Origin: Eledone cirrhosa
Taxonomy: Eukaryota
Assembly (NCBI GenBank): GCA_964016885.1
Contig: OZ024744.1
Span: 134,540,001-134,604,000, forward strand
Direction: 5' to 3'
Length of the DNA: 64,000 nucleotides
Made by a program: the position numbers and the translations under genes. Positions 11,401-25,246 of the stretch are shown one piece after another. Under the pieces are notes generated by a model. That model saw only the letters and a list, made by a program, of their open reading frames with translations, made no database searches and was not told where the DNA came from. Within the stretch, counting starts at the first letter, position 1; each line of letters opens with the position of its first letter.

Positions 11401-14400
11401 GTTAAGTTGGGGTTAAGTTAAGTCGGGGTTAAGTTAAGTCGGGGTTAAGTTAAGTTAGGGTTCAGTTAAGTTGGGGTTAAGTTAAGTTGTGGTTGAGTTA
11501 AGTTGGGGTTGATTTAAATTGGGGTTGAGTTAAGTTGGGGTTGAGTTAAGTTGGTGTTGAGTTAAGTTGGGGTTAATTTAAGTTGGGGCTAAGTTAAGTT
11601 GGGACTGAGTTAAGTTGGGGTTAAGTTAAGTTGGGGTTAAGTTAAGTTGGGGTTAAGTTAAGTTGGAGTTTATTTAAGTTGGGGTTAAGTTAAGTTGGGG
11701 TTCAGTTAAGTTGGGGTTAAGTTAAGTTGGGGTTAAGTTAAGTTGGGGTTAAGTTAAGTCGGGGTTAAGTTAAGTCGGGGTTAAGTTAAGTTAGGGTTCA
11801 GTTAAGTTGGGGTTAAGTTAAGTTGGGGTTGAGTTAAGTTGGGGTTGAGTTAAATTGGGGTTGAGTTAAGTTGGGGTTGAGTTAAGTTGGTGTTGAGTTA
11901 AGTTGGGGTTAAGTTAAGTTGGGGTTAAGTTAATTTGTGGTTAAGTTAAGTTGGGGTTAAGTTAAGTTGGGGTTAAGTTAAGTTGGGGTTAAGTTAAGTC
12001 GGGGTTAAGTTAAGTTCGGGTTGAGTTAAGTTGGGGTTAATTTAAGTTGGGGTTAAGTTAAGTTGGGGTTAAGTTAAGTTGGGGTTAAGTTAAGTTGGGG
12101 TTAAGTTAAGTTGGGGTTAAGTTAAGTTGAGGTTAAGTTAAGTTGGGGTTAAATTAAGTTGGGGTTAAGTTAAGTTGGGGTTAAGTTAAGTTGGCGTTAA
12201 GTTAAGTTGGGGATAAGTTAAGTTGGGGATAATTTAAGTTGGGGTTAAGTTAAGTTGGGTTTAAGTTAAGTTGGGGTTAAGTTAAGTTGGGGATAAGTTA
12301 AGTTGGGGTTAAGTTAAGTTGGGGTTAAGTTAAGTTGGGGTTCAGTTAAGTTGGGGCGAAGTTAAGTTGGGGCTGAGTTAAGTTGGGGTTAAGTTAAGTT
12401 GGGGTTAAGTTAAGTTGGGGTTAATTTAAGTTGGGGTTTATTTAAGTTGGGGTTACGTTAGGTTGGTGTTAAGTTAAGTTGGGGTTAATTTAAGTTGGGG
12501 TTAATTAAGTTGGGGTTAAGTTAAGTTGGGGTTAAGTTAAGTTGGGGTTAAGTTAAGTTGGGGTTCAGTTAAGTTGGGTATAAGTTAAGTTGGGTATAAG
12601 TTAAGTTGGGGTTAAGTTAAGTTGGGGTTAAGTTAAGTTGGTGTTAAGTTAAGTTGGGGCTAAGTTAAGTTGGGGCTGAGTTAAGTTGGGGCTGAGTTAA
12701 GTTGGGGTTAAGTTAAGTTGGGGTTAAGATGGGGTTAAATTAAGTTGGGGTTAAGTTAAGTTGGGGTTAAGTTAAGTTGGGGTTAAGTTAAGTCGGGGTT
12801 AAGTTAAGTCGGGGTTAAGTTAAGTTAGGGTTCAGTTAAGTTGGGGTTAAGTTAAGTTGTGGTTGAGTTAAGTTGGGGTTGATTTAAATTGGGGTTGAGT
12901 TAAGTTGGGGTTGAGTTAAGTTGGTGTTGAGTTAAGTTGGGGTTAATTTAAGTTGGGGCTAAGTTAAGTTGGGACTGAGTTAAGTTGGGGTTAAGTTAAG
13001 TTGGGGTTAAGTTAAGTTGGGGTTAAGTTAAGTTGGAGTTTATTTAAGTTGGGGTTAAGTTAAGTTGGGGTTCAGTTAAGTTGGGGTTAAGTTAAGTTGG
13101 GGTTAAGTTAAGTTGGGGTTAAGTTAAGTCGGGGTTAAGTTAAGTCGGGGTTAAGTTAAGTTAGGGTTCAGTTAAGTTGGGGTTAAGTTAAGTTGGGGTT
13201 GAGTTAAGTTGGGGTTGAGTTAAATTGGGGTTGAGTTAAGTTGGGGTTGAGTTAAGTTGGTGTTGAGTTAAGTTGGGGTTAAGTTAAGTTGGGGTTAAGT
13301 TAAGTTGGGGTTAAGTTAAGTTGGGGTTAAGTTAAGTCGGGGTTAAGTTAAGTTGGGGTTAAGTTAAGTTGGGGTTAAGTTAAGTTGGGGTTAAGTTAAG
13401 TTGGGGTCAAGTTAAGTTGGGGTTAAGTTGGGGTTAAGTTAAGTTAGGTTTAAGTTAAGTTGGGGTTAAGTTAAGTTGGGGTTAAGTTAAGTTGGGGTTA
13501 AGTTAATTTGTGGTTAAGTTAAGTTGGGGTTAAGTTAAGTTGGGGTTAAGTTAAGTTGGGGTTAAGTTAAGTCGGAGTTAATTTAAGTTGGGGTTAAGTT
13601 AAGTTGGGGTTAATTTAAGTTGGGGTTAAGTTAAGTTGGGGTTAAGTTAAGTTGGGGTTAAATTAAGTTGGGGTTAAGTTAAGTTGGGGTTAAGTCAAGT
13701 TGGGGTTAAGTTAAGTTGGGGATAAGTTAAGTTGGGGATAATTTAAGTTGGGGTTAAGTTAAGTTGGGGTTAAGTTAAGTTGGGGTTAAGTTAAGTTGGG
13801 GTTAAGTTAAGTTGGGGCTAAGTTATGTTGGGGCTGAGTTAAGTTGGGGTTAAGTTAAGTTGGGCTTAATTTAAGTCGGGGTTAAGTTAAGTTAGGGTTC
13901 AGTTAAGTTGGGGTTAAGTTAAGTTGGGGTTGAGTTAAGTTGGGGTTGAGTTAAATTGGGGTTGAGTTAAGTTGGGGTTGAGTTAAGTTGGTGTTGAGTT
14001 AAGTTGGGGTTAAGTTAAGTTGGGGTTAAGTTAAGTTGCAGTTAATTTAAGTTGAGGTTAAGTTAAGGTGCGGTTAAGTTAAGTTGGGGTTAAGTTAAGT
14101 TGGGGCTAAGTTAAGTTGGGGCTAAGTTAAGTTGGGGCTAAGTTAAGTTGGGGTTAAGTTAATTTGGGGTTAAGTTAAGTCGGGGTTAAGTTAAGTTGGG
14201 GTTAAGTTAAGTTGGGGTTAATTTAAGTTGGGGTTAAGTTAAGTTGGGGTTAAGTTAAGTTGGGGTTAAGTTAAGTTGGGGTTAAGTTAAGTTGGGTTTA
14301 AGTTAAGTTGGGGTTAAGTTAAGTTGGGGTTAAGTTAAGTTGGGGTTAAGTTAAGTTGGTTAGTTAAGTTGAGTTTAAGTTAAGTTGGGGTTAATTTAAG

Positions 14401-14488
14401 TTGGGGTTAAGTTATGTTGGGGTTAAGTTAAGTTGGGGTTAAGTTAAGTTGGGGTTAAGTTAAGTTGGGGTTAAGTTAAGTTGGGGTT

Positions 14489-14662
14489 AACCCCAACTTA
14501 ACTTAACCCCAACTTCACTCAACCCCAACGTAACTCAACCCCAACTTAACTTAACCCCAACTTCACTCAACCCCAACTTAACTTAACCCCAACTTCACTC
14601 AACCCCAACTTCCAACTTGACTTAATCCCAACTTAACTTAGCCCCAACTTAACTTAATCCCT
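14489..14662 (-). repeat. 174-bp inverted satellite block, copy 3, subtype A
   Basis: Matches copy 1 by eye (cttcactc, then cgtaactc). The downstream flank is also of the copy 1 type (gagg...aagatgggg). Confidence 0.96.
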
Positions 14663-17600
14663 AAGTCGGGGTTAAGTTAAGTTGGCGTTAAGTTAAGTTA
14701 GGCTTAACTTAAGTTGGGGTTCAGTTAAGTTGGGGGTAAGTTAAGTTGGGGGTAAGTTAAGTTGCGGTTAAGTTGGGGTTAAGTTAAGTTAGGGTTAAGT
14801 TAAGTTGGGGTTGAGTTAAGTTGGGGTTAATTAAGTGGTGGTTATGTTAAGTTGGGGTTAAGTTAAGTTGGGGTTAATTTAAATTGGGGTTAAGTTAACT
14901 TTGTGGTTAAGTTAAGTTGGGGTTAAGTTAAGTTGGCGTTAAGTTGGGGTTGAGTTAAGTTGGGGTTAAGTTAAGTTGAGGTTAAGTTAAGATGGGGTTA
15001 AATTAAGTTGGGGTTAAGTTAAGTTGGGGTTAAGTTAAGTTGGGGTTAAGTTAAGTTGGGGATAAGTTAAGTTGGGGATAATTTAAGTTGGGGTTAAGTT
15101 AAGTTGGGTTTAAGTTAAGTTGGGGTTAAGTTAAGTTGGGGATAAGTTAAGTTGGGGTTAAGTTAAGTTGGGGTTAAGTTAAGTTGGGGTTAAGTTAAGT
15201 TGGGGCTAAGTTAAGTTGGGGCTGAGTTAAGTTGGGGTTAAGTTAAGTTGGGGTTAAGTTAAGTTGGGGTTAATTTAAGTTGGGGTTTATTTAAGTTGGG
15301 GTTACGTTAAGTTGGTGTTAAGTTAAGTTGGGGTTAATTTAAGTTGGGGTTAATTAAGTTGGGGTTAAGTTAAGTTGGGGTTAATTTAAGTTGGGGTTGA
15401 GTTAAGTTGGTGTTGAGTTAAGTTGGGGTTAAGTTAAGTTGGGGTTAAGTTAAGTTGCAGTTAAGTTAAGTTGAGGTTAAGTTAAGGTGCGGTTAAGTTA
15501 AGTTGGGGTTAAGTTAAGTTGGGGCTAAGTTAAGTTGGGGCTAAGTTAAGTTGGGGTTAAGTTAAGTTGGGGTTAAGTTAAGTCGGGGTTAAGTTAAGTT
15601 GGGGTTAAGTTAAGTTGGGGTTAATTTAAGTTGGGGTTAAGTTAAGTTGGGGTTAAGTTAAGTTGGGGTTAAGTTAAGTTGGGGTTAAGTTAAGTCGGGG
15701 TTAATTTAAGTCGGGGTTAAGTTAAGTTAGGGTTCAGTTAAGTTGTGGTTAAGTTAAGTTGGGGTTAAGTTAAGTTGGGGTTGAGTTAAGTTGGGGTTGA
15801 GTTAATTTGGGGTTAAGTTAAGTTGGGGTTAAGTTAAGTTGGGTTTAAGTTAAGTTGGGGTTAAATTAAGTTGGGGTTAAATTAAGTTGGGGTTAAGTTA
15901 AGTTGGGGTTACGTTAAGTTGGTGTTAAGTTAAGTTGGGGTTAATTTAAGTTGGGGTTAATTAAGTTGGGGTTAAGTTAAGTTGGGGTTAAGTTAAGTTG
16001 GGGTTAATTTAAGTTGGGGTTGAGTTAAGTTGGGGTTAAGTTAAGTTGGGGTTATATTAAGTTGGGGTTAAGTTAAGTTGGGGTTCAGTTAAGTTGGGGA
16101 TAAGTTAAGTTGGGGTTAAGTTAAGTTGGGGTTAATTAAGTTGGGGTTAAGTTAAGTTGGGGTTAAGTTAAGTTGGGGCTAAGTTAAGTTGGGGCTGAGT
16201 TAAGTTGGGGCTGAGTTAAGTTGGGGTTAAGTTAAGTTGGGGTTGAGTTAAGTTGGGGTTAAGTTAAGTTGGGGTCAAGTTAAGTTGGGGTTAAGTTGGG
16301 GTTAAGTTAAGTTAGGTTTAAGTTAAGTTGGGGTTAAGTTAAGTTGGGGTTAAGTTAAGTTGGGGTTAAGTTAAGTTGGGGTTAAGTTAATTTGTGGTTT
16401 AGTTAAGTTGGGGTTAAGTTAAGTTGGGGTTAAGTTAAGTTGGGGTTAAGTTAAGTCGGGGTTAAGTTAAGTTGGGGTTAAGTTAAGTTGGGGTTAAGTT
16501 AAGTTGGGGTTAAGTTAAGTTGGGGTTAAGTTAAGTTGGGGTTAAGTTAAGTTGAGGTTAAGTTAAGTTGGGGTTAAATTAAGTTGGGGTTAAGTTAAGT
16601 TGGGGTTAAGTTAAGTTGGGGTTAAGTTAAGTTGGGGATAAGTTAAGTTGGGGATAATTTAAGTTGGGGTTAAGTTAAGTTGGGTTTAAGTTAAGTTGGG
16701 GTTAAGTTAAGTTGGGGATAAGTTAAGTTGGGGTTAAGTTAAGTTGGGGTTAAGTTAAGTTGGGGTTCAGTTAATTTGGGGCTAAGTTAAGTTGGGGCTG
16801 AGTTAAGTTGGGGTTAAGTTAAGTTGGGGTTAAGTTAAGTTGGGGTTAATTTAAGTTGGGGTTTATTTAAGTTGGGGTTAAGTTAAGTTGGGGTTCAGTT
16901 AAGTTGGGGTTAAGTTAAGTTGGGGTTAAGATGGGGTTAAATTAAGTTGGGGTTAAGTTAAGTTGGGGTTAAGTTAAGTTGGGGTTAAGTTAAGTCGGGG
17001 TTAAGTTAAGTCGGGGTTAAGTTAAGTTAGGGTTCAGTTAAGTTGGGGTTAAGTTAAGTTGTGGTTGAGTTAAGTTGGGGTTGATTTAAATTGGGGTTGA
17101 GTTAAGTTGGGGTTGAGTTAAGTTGGTGTTGAGTTAAGTTGGGGTTAATTTAAGTTGGGGCTAAGTTAAGTTGGGACTGAGTTAAGTTGGGGTTAAGTTA
17201 AGTTGGGGTTAAGTTAAGTTGGGGTTAAGTTAAGTTGGAGTTTATTTAAGTTGGGGTTAAGTTAAGTTGGGGTTCAGTTAAGTTGGGGTTAAGTTAAGTT
17301 GGGGTTAAGTTAAGTTGGGGTTAAGTTAAGTCGGGGTTAAGTTAAGTCGGGGTTAAGTTAAGTTAGGGTTCAGTTAAGTTGGGGTTAAGTTAAGTTGGGG
17401 TTGAGTTAAGTTGGGGTTGAGTTAAATTGGGGTTGAGTTAAGTTGGGGTTGAGTTAAGTTGGTGTTGAGTTAAGTTGGGGTTAAGTTAAGTTGGGGTTAA
17501 GTTAATTTGTGGTTAAGTTAAGTTGGGGTTAAGTTAAGTTGGGGTTAAGTTAAGTTGGGGTTAAGTTAAGTCGGGGTTAAGTTAAGTTCGGGTTGAGTTA

Positions 17601-19441
17601 AGTTGGGGTTAATTTAAGTTGGGGTTAAGTTAAGTTGGGGTTAAGTTAAGTTGGGGTTAAGTTAAGTTGGGGTTAAGTTAAGTTGGGGTTAAGTTAAGTT
17701 GAGGTTAAGTTAAGTTGGGGTTAAATTAAGTTGGGGTTAAGTTAAGTTGGGGTTAAGTTAAGTTGGGGTTAAGTTAAGTTGGGGATAAGTTAAGTTGGGG
17801 ATAATTTAAGTTGGGGTTAAGTTAAGTTGGGTTTAAGTTAAGTTGGGGTTAAGTTAAGTTGGGGATAAGTTAAGTTGGGGTTAAGTTAAGTTGGGGTTAA
17901 GTTAAGTTGGGGTTACGTTAAGTTGGGGCTAAGTTAAGTTGGGGCTGAGTTAAGTTGGGGTTAAGTTAAGTTGGGGTTAAGTTAAGTTGGGGTTAATTTA
18001 AGTTGGGGTTTATTTAAGTTGGGGTTACGTTAAGTTGGTGTTAAGTTAAGTTGGGGTTAATTTAAGTTGGGGTTAATTAAGTTGGGGTTAAGTTAAGTTG
18101 GGGTTAAGTTAAGTTGGGGTTAAGTTAAGTTGGGGTTCAGTTAAGTTGGGTATAAGTTAAGTTGGGTATAAGTTAAGTTGGGGTTAAGTTAAGTTGGGGT
18201 TAACTTAAGTTGGTGTTAAGTTAAGTTGGGGCTAAGTTAAGTTGGGGCTGAGTTAAGTTGGGGCTGAGTTAAGTTGGGGTTAAGTTAAGTTGGGGTCAAG
18301 TTAAGTTGGGGTTAAGTTGGGGTTAAGTTAAGTTAGGTTTAAGTTAAGTTGGGGTTAAGTTAAGTTGGGGTTAAGTTAAGTTGGGGTTAAGTTAATTTGT
18401 GGTTAAGTTAAGTTGGGGTTAAGTTAAGTTGGGGTTAAGTTAAGTTGGGGTTAAGTTAAGTCGGAGTTAATTTAAGTTGGGGTTAAGTTAAGTTGGGGTT
18501 AATTTAAGTTGGGGTTAAGTTAAGTTGGGGTTAAGTTAAGTTGGGGTTAAATTAAGTTGGGGTTAAGTTAAGTTGGGGTTAAGTCAAGTTGGGGTTAAGT
18601 TAAGTTGGGGATAAGTTAAGTTGGGGATAATTTAAGTTGGGGTTAAGTTAAGTTGGGTTTAAGTTAAATTGGGGTTAAGTTAAGTTGGGGTTAAGTTAAG
18701 TTGGGGTTAAGTTAAGTTGGGGTTAAGTTAAGTTGGGGTTAAGTTAAGTTGGGGCTAAGTTATGTTGGGGCTGAGTTAAGTTGGGGTTAAGTTAAGTTGG
18801 GCTTAATTTAAGTCGGGGTTAAGTTAAGTTAGGGTTCAGTTAAGTTGGGGTTAAGTTAAGTTGGGGTTGAGTTAAGTTGGGGTTGAGTTAAATTGGGGTT
18901 GAGTTAAGTTGGGGTTGAGTTAAGTTGGTGTTGAGTTAAGTTGGGGTTAAGTTAAGTTGGGGTTAAGTTAAGTTGCAGTTAATTTAAGTTGAGGTTAAGT
19001 TAAGGTGCGGTTAAGTTAAGTTGGGGTTAAGTTAAGTTGGGGCTAAGTTAAGTTGGGGCTAAGTTAAGTTGGGGCTAAGTTAAGTTGGGGTTAAGTTAAT
19101 TTGGGGTTAAGTTAAGTCGGGGTTAAGTTAAGTTGGGGTTAAGTTAAGTTGGGGTTAATTTAAGTTGGGGTTAAGTTAAGTTGGGGTTAAGTTAAGTTGG
19201 GGTTAAGTTAAGTTGGGGTTAAGTTAAGTTGGGTTTAAGTTAAGTTGGGGTTAAGTTAAGTTGGGGTTAAGTTAAGTTGGGGTTAAGTTAAGTTGGTTAG
19301 TTAAGTTGAGTTTAAGTTAAGTTGGGGTTAATTTAAGTTGGGGTTAAGTTATGTTGGGGTTAAGTTAAGTTGGGGTTAAGTTAAGTTGGGGTTAAGTTAA
19401 GTTGGGGTTAAGTTAAGTTGGGGTTAAGTTAAGTTGGGGTT

Positions 19442-19615
19442 AACCCCAACTTAACTTAACCCCAACGTAACTCAACCCCAACGTAACTCAACCCCAACTT
19501 AACTTAACCCCAACTTCACTCAACCCCAACTTAACTTAACCCCAACTTCACTCAACCCCAACTTCCAACTTGACTTAATCCCAACTTAACTTAGCCCCAA
19601 CTTAACTTAATCCCT
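19442..19615 (-). repeat. 174-bp inverted satellite block, copy 4, subtype B
   Basis: Matches copy 2 (cgtaactc twice). Downstream flank contains ggagtttattt, as after copy 2. Confidence 0.96.
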
Positions 19616-22600
19616 AAGTCGGGGTTAAGTTAAGTTGGCGTTAAGTTAAGTTAGGCTTAACTTAAGTTGGGGTTCAGTTAAGTTGGGGGTAAGTTAAGTT
19701 GGGGGTAAGTTAAGTTGGGGTTAAGTTAAGTTGCGGTTAAGTTGGGGTTAAGTTAAGTTAGGGTTAAGTTAAGTTGGGGTTGAGTTAAGTTGGGGTTAAT
19801 TAAGTGGTGGTTATGTTAAGTTGGGGTTAAGTTAAGTTGGGGTTAATTTAAATTGGGGTTAAGTTAACTTTGTGGTTAAGTTAAGTTGGGGTTAAGTTAA
19901 GTTGGGGTTAAGTTGGGGTTGAGTTAAGTTGGGGTTAAGTTAAGTTGGGGTTAAGTTAAGTTGGAGTTTATTTAAGTTGGGGTTAAGTTAAGTTGGGGTT
20001 CAGTTAAGTTGGGGTTAAGTTAAGTTGGTTTAAGATGGGGTTAAATTAAGTTGGGGTTAAGTTAAGTTGGGGTTAAGTTAAGTTGGGGTTAAGTTAAGTT
20101 GGGGTTAAGTTAAGTCGGGGTTAAGTTAAGTCGGGGTTAAGTTAAGTTAGGGTTCAGTTAAGTTGGAGTTAAGTTAAGTTGGGGTTGAGTTAAGTTGGGG
20201 TTGAGTTAAATTGGGGTTGAGTTATGTTGGTGTTGATTTAAGTTGGGGTTAAGTTAAGTTGGGGTTAAGTTAATTTGTGGTTAAGTTAAGTTGGGGTTAA
20301 GTTAAGTTGGGGTTAAGTTAAGTTGGGTTAAGTTAAGTCGGGGTTAAGTTAAGTTGGGGTTAAGTTAAGTTGGGGTTAATTTAAGTTGGGGTTAAGTTAA
20401 GTTGGGGTTAAGTTAAGTTGGGGTTAAGTTAAGTTGGGGTTAAGTTAAGTTGGGGTTAAGTTAAGTTGAGGTTAAGTTAAGTTGGGGTTAAATTAAGTTG
20501 GGGTTAAGTTAAGTTGGGGTTAAGTTAAGTTGGGGTTAAGTTAAGTTGGGGATAAGTTAAGTTGGGGATAATTTAAGTTGGGGTTAAGTTAAGTTGGGTT
20601 TAAGTTAAGTTGGGGTTAAGTTAAGTTGGGGATAAGTTAAGTTGGGGTTAAGTTAAGTTGGGGTTAAGTTAAGTTGGGGTTAAGTTAAGTTGGGGCTAAG
20701 TTAAGTTGGGGCTGAGTTAAGTTGGGGTTAAGTTAAGTTGGGGTTAATTTAAGTTGGGGTTAATTTAAGTTGGGGTTTATTTAAGTTGGGGTTACGTTAA
20801 GTTGGTGTTAAGTTAAGTTGGGGTTAATTTAAGTTGGGGTTAATTAAGTTGGGGTTAAGTTAAGTTGGGGTTAATTTAAGTTGGGGTTGAGTTAAGTTGG
20901 TGTTGAGTTAAGTTGGGGTTAAGTTAAGTTGGGGTTAAGTTAAGTTGCAGTTAAGTTAAGTTGAGGTTAAGTTAAGGTGCGGTTAAGTTAAGTTGGGGTT
21001 AAGTTAAGTTGGGGCTAAGTGAAGTTGGGGCTAAGTTAAGTTGGGGTTAAGTTAAGTTGGGGTTAAGTTAAGTCGGGGTTAAGTTAAGTTGGGGTTAAGT
21101 TAAGTTGGGGTTAATTTAAGTTGGGGTTAAGTTAAGTTGGGGTTAAGTTAAGTTGGGGTTAAGTTAAGTTGGGGTTAAGTTAAGTCGGGGTTAATTTAAG
21201 TCGGGGTTAAGTTAAGTTAGGGTTCAGTTAAGTTGGGGTTAAGTTAAGTTGGGGTTAAGTTAAGTTGGGGTTGAGTTAAGTTGGGGTTGAGTTAATTTGG
21301 GGTTAAGTTAAGTTGGGGTTAAGTTAAGTTGGGTTTAAGTTAAGTTGGGGTTAAATTAAGTTGGGGTTAAATTAAGTTGGGGTTAAGTTAAGTTTGGGGT
21401 AAGTTAAGTTGGGGGCAAGTTAAGTTGGGGTTAATTTAAGTTGGGGTTAAATTAAGTTGGGGTTACGTTAAGTTGGTGTTAAGTTAAGTTGGGGTTAATT
21501 TAAGTTGGGGTTAATTAAGTTGGGGTTAAGTTAAGTTGGGGTTAAGTTAAGTTGGGGTTAATTTAAGTTGGGGTTGAGTTAAGTTGGGGTTAAGTTAAGT
21601 TGGGGTTATATTAAGTTGGGGTTAAGTTAAGTTGGGGTTCAGTTAAGTTGGGGATAAGTTAAGTTGGGGTTAAGTTAAGTTGGGGTTAATTAAGTTGGGG
21701 TTAAGTTAAGTTGGGGTTAAGTTAAGTTGGGGCTAAGTTAAGTTGGGGCTGAGTTAAGTTGGGGCTGAGTTAAGTTGGGGTTAAGTTAAGTTGGGGTTGA
21801 GTTAAGTTGGGGTTAAGTTAAGTTGGGGTCAAGTGAAGTTGGGGTTAAGTTGGGGTTAAGTTAAGTTAGGTTTAAGTTAAGTTGGGGTTAAGTTAAGTTG
21901 GGGTTAAGTTAAGTTGGGGTTAAGTTAAGTTGGGGTTAAGTTAATTTGTGGTTTAGTTAAGTTGGGGTTAAGTTAAGTTGGGGTTAAGTTAAGTTGGGGT
22001 TAAGTTAAGTCGGGGTTAAGTTAAGTTGGGGTTAAGTTAAGTTGGGGTTAAGTTAAGTTGGGGTTAAGTTAAGTTGGGGTTAAGTTAAGTTGGGGTTAAG
22101 TTAAGTTGAGGTTAAGTTAAGTTGGGGTTAAATTAAGTTGGGGTTAAGTTAAGTTGGGGTTAAGTTAAGTTGGGGTTAAGTTAAGTTGGGGATAAGTTAA
22201 GTTGGGGATAATTTAAGTTGGGGTTAAGTTAAGTTGGGTTTAAGTTAAGTTGGGGTTAAGTTAAGTTGGGGATAATTTAAGTTGGGGTTAAGTTAAGTTG
22301 GGGTTAAGTTAAGTTGGGGTTCAGTTAAGTTGGGGCTAAGTTAAGTTGGGGCTGAGTTAAGTTGGGGTTAAGTTAAGTTGGGGTTAAGTTAAGTTGGGGT
22401 TAATTTAAGTTGGGGTTTATTTAAGTTGGGGTTAAGTTAAGTTGGGGTTCAGTTAAGTTGGGGTTAAGTTAAGTTGGGGTTAAGATGGGGTTAAATTAAG
22501 TTGGGGTTAAGTTAAGTTGGGGTTAAGTTAAGTTGGGGTTAAGTTAAGTCGGGGTTAAGTTAAGTCGGGGTTAAGTTAAGTTAGGGTTCAGTTAAGTTGG

Positions 22601-25246
22601 GGTTAAGTTAAGTTGTGGTTGAGTTAAGTTGGGGTTGATTTAAATTGGGGTTGAGTTAAGTTGGGGTTGAGTTAAGTTGGTGTTGAGTTAAGTTGGGGTT
22701 AATTTAAGTTGGGGCTAAGTTAAGTTGGGACTGAGTTAAGTTGGGGTTAAGTTAAGTTGGGGTTAAGTTAAGTTGGGGTTAAGTTAAGTTGGAGTTTATT
22801 TAAGTTGGGGTTAAGTTAAGTTGGGGTTCAGTTAAGTTGGGGTTAAGTTAAGTTGGGGTTAAGTTAAGTTGGGGTTAAGTTAAGTCGGGGTTAAGTTAAG
22901 TCGGGGTTAAGTTAAGTTAGGGTTCAGTTAAGTTGGGGTTAAGTTAAGTTGGGGTTGAGTTAAGTTGGGGTTGAGTTAAATTGGGGTTGAGTTAAGTTGG
23001 GGTTGAGTTAAGTTGGTGTTGAGTTAAGTTGGGGTTAAGTTAAGTTGGGGTTAAGTTAATTTGTGGTTAAGTTAAGTTGGGGTTAAGTTAAGTTGGGGTT
23101 AAGTTAAGTTGGGGTTAAGTTAAGTCGGGGTTAAGTTAAGTTCGGGTTGAGTTAAGTTGGGGTTAATTTAAGTTGGGGTTAAGTTAAGTTGGGGTTAAGT
23201 TAAGTTGGGGTTAAGTTAAGTTGGGGTTAAGTTAAGTTGGGGTTAAGTTAAGTTGAGGTTAAGTTAAGTTGGGGTTAAATTAAGTTGGGGTTAAGTTAAG
23301 TTGGGGTTAAGTTAAGTTGGCGTTAAGTTAAGTTGGGGATAAGTTAAGTTGGGGATAATTTAAGTTGGGGTTAAGTTAAGTTGGGTTTAAGTTAAGTTGG
23401 GGTTAAGTTAAGTTGGGGATAAGTTAAGTTGGGGTTAAGTTAAGTTGGGGTTAAGTTAAGTTGGGGTTCAGTTAAGTTGGGGCGAAGTTAAGTTGGGGCT
23501 GAGTTAAGTTGGGGTTAAGTTAAGTTGGGGTTAAGTTAAGTTGGGGTTAATTTAAGTTGGGGTTTATTTAAGTTGGGGTTACGTTAGGTTGGTGTTAAGT
23601 TAAGTTGGGGTTAATTTAAGTTGGGGTTAATTAAGTTGGGGTTAAGTTAAGTTGGGGTTAAGTTAAGTTGGGGTTAAGTTAAGTTGGGGTTCAGTTAAGT
23701 TGGGTATAAGTTAAGTTGGGTATAAGTTAAGTTGGGGTTAAGTTAAGTTGGGGTTAAGTTAAGTTGGTGTTAAGTTAAGTTGGGGCTAAGTTAAGTTGGG
23801 GCTGAGTTAAGTTGGGGCTGAGTTAAGTTGGGGTTAAGTTAAGTTGGGGTCAAGTTAAGTTGGGGTTAAGTTGGGGTTAAGTTAAGTTAGGTTTAAGTTA
23901 AGATGGGGTTAAGTTAAGTTGGGGTTAAGTTAAGTTGGGGTTAAGTTAAGTTGGGGTTAAGTTAAGTTGGGGTTGAGTTAATTTGTGGTTAAGTTAAGTT
24001 GGGGTTAAGTTAAGTTGGGGTTAAGTTAAGTTGGGGTTAAGTTAAGTCGGGGTTAAGTTAAGTTGGGGTTAAGTTAAGTTGGGGTTAAGTTAAGTTGGGG
24101 TTAAGTTAAGTTGGGGTCAAGTTAAGTTGGGGTTAAGTTGGGGTTAAGTTAAGGTAGGTTTAAGTTAAGTTGGGGTTAAGTTAAGTTGGGGTTAAGTTAA
24201 GTTGGGGTTAAGTTAATTTGTGGTTAAGTTAAGTTGGGGTTAAGTTAAGTTGGGGTTAAGTTAAGTTGGGGTTAAGTTAAGTCGGAGTTAATTTAAGTTG
24301 GGGTTAAGTTAAGTTGGGGTTAATTTAAGTTGGGGTTAAGTTAAGTTGGGGTTAAGTTAAGTTGGGGTTAAATTAAGTTGGGGTTAAGTTAAGTTGGGGT
24401 TAAGTCAAGTTGGGGTTAAGTTAAGTTGGGGATAAGTTAAGTTGGGGATAATTTAAGTTGGGGTTAAGTTAAGTTGGGTTTAAGTTAAGTTGGGGTTAAG
24501 TTAAGTTGGGGTTAAGTTAAGTTGGGGTTAAGTTAAGTTGGGGTTAAGTTAAGTTGGGGTTAAGTTAAGTTGGGGCTAAGTTAAGTTGGGGCTGAGTTAA
24601 GTTGGGGTTAAGTTAAGTTGGGCTTAATTTAAGTCGGGGTTAAGTTAAGTTAGGGTTCAGTTAAGTTGGGGTTAAGTTAAGTTGGGGTTGAGTTAAGTTG
24701 GGGTTGAGTTAAATTGGGGTTGAGTTAAGTTGGGGTTGAGTTGAGTTGGTGTTGAGTTAAGTTGGGGTTAAGTTAAGTTGTGGTTAAGTTAAGTTGCAGT
24801 TAAGTTAAGTTGAGGTTAAGTTAAGGTGCGGTTAAGTTAAGTTGGGGTTAAGTTAAGTTGGGGCTAAGTTAAGTTGGGGCTAAGTTAAGTTGGGGCTAAG
24901 TTAAGTTGGGGTTAAGTTAAGTTGGGGTTAAGTTAAGTCGGGGTTAAGTTAAGTTGGGGTTAAGTTAAGTTGGGGTTAATTTAAGTTGGGGTTAAGTTAA
25001 GTTGGGGTTAAGTTAAGTTGGGGTTAAGTTAAGTTGGGGTTAAGTTAAGTTGGGTTTAAGTTAAGTTGGGGTTAAGTTAAGTTGGGGTTAAGTTAAGTTG
25101 GGGTTAAGTTAAGTTGGTTAGTTAAGTTGAGTTTAAGTTAAGTTGGGGTTAATTTAAGTTGGGGTTAAGTTAAGTTGGGGTTAAGTTAAGTTGGGGTTAA
25201 GTTAAGTTGGGGTTAAGTTAAGTTGGGGTTAAGTTAAGTTGGGGTT

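Larger units (their letters stand above)
2040..23840 (+). repeat. ~11.2 kb tandem duplication (A+B higher-order pair present twice); boundaries approximate
   Basis: A-A offset is 11,265 (3224/14489) and B-B offset is 11,142 (8300/19442). The rare marker ggggcgaag lies at 12353 and 23479 (offset 11,126), each followed by ttacgttagg. Confidence 0.8.
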
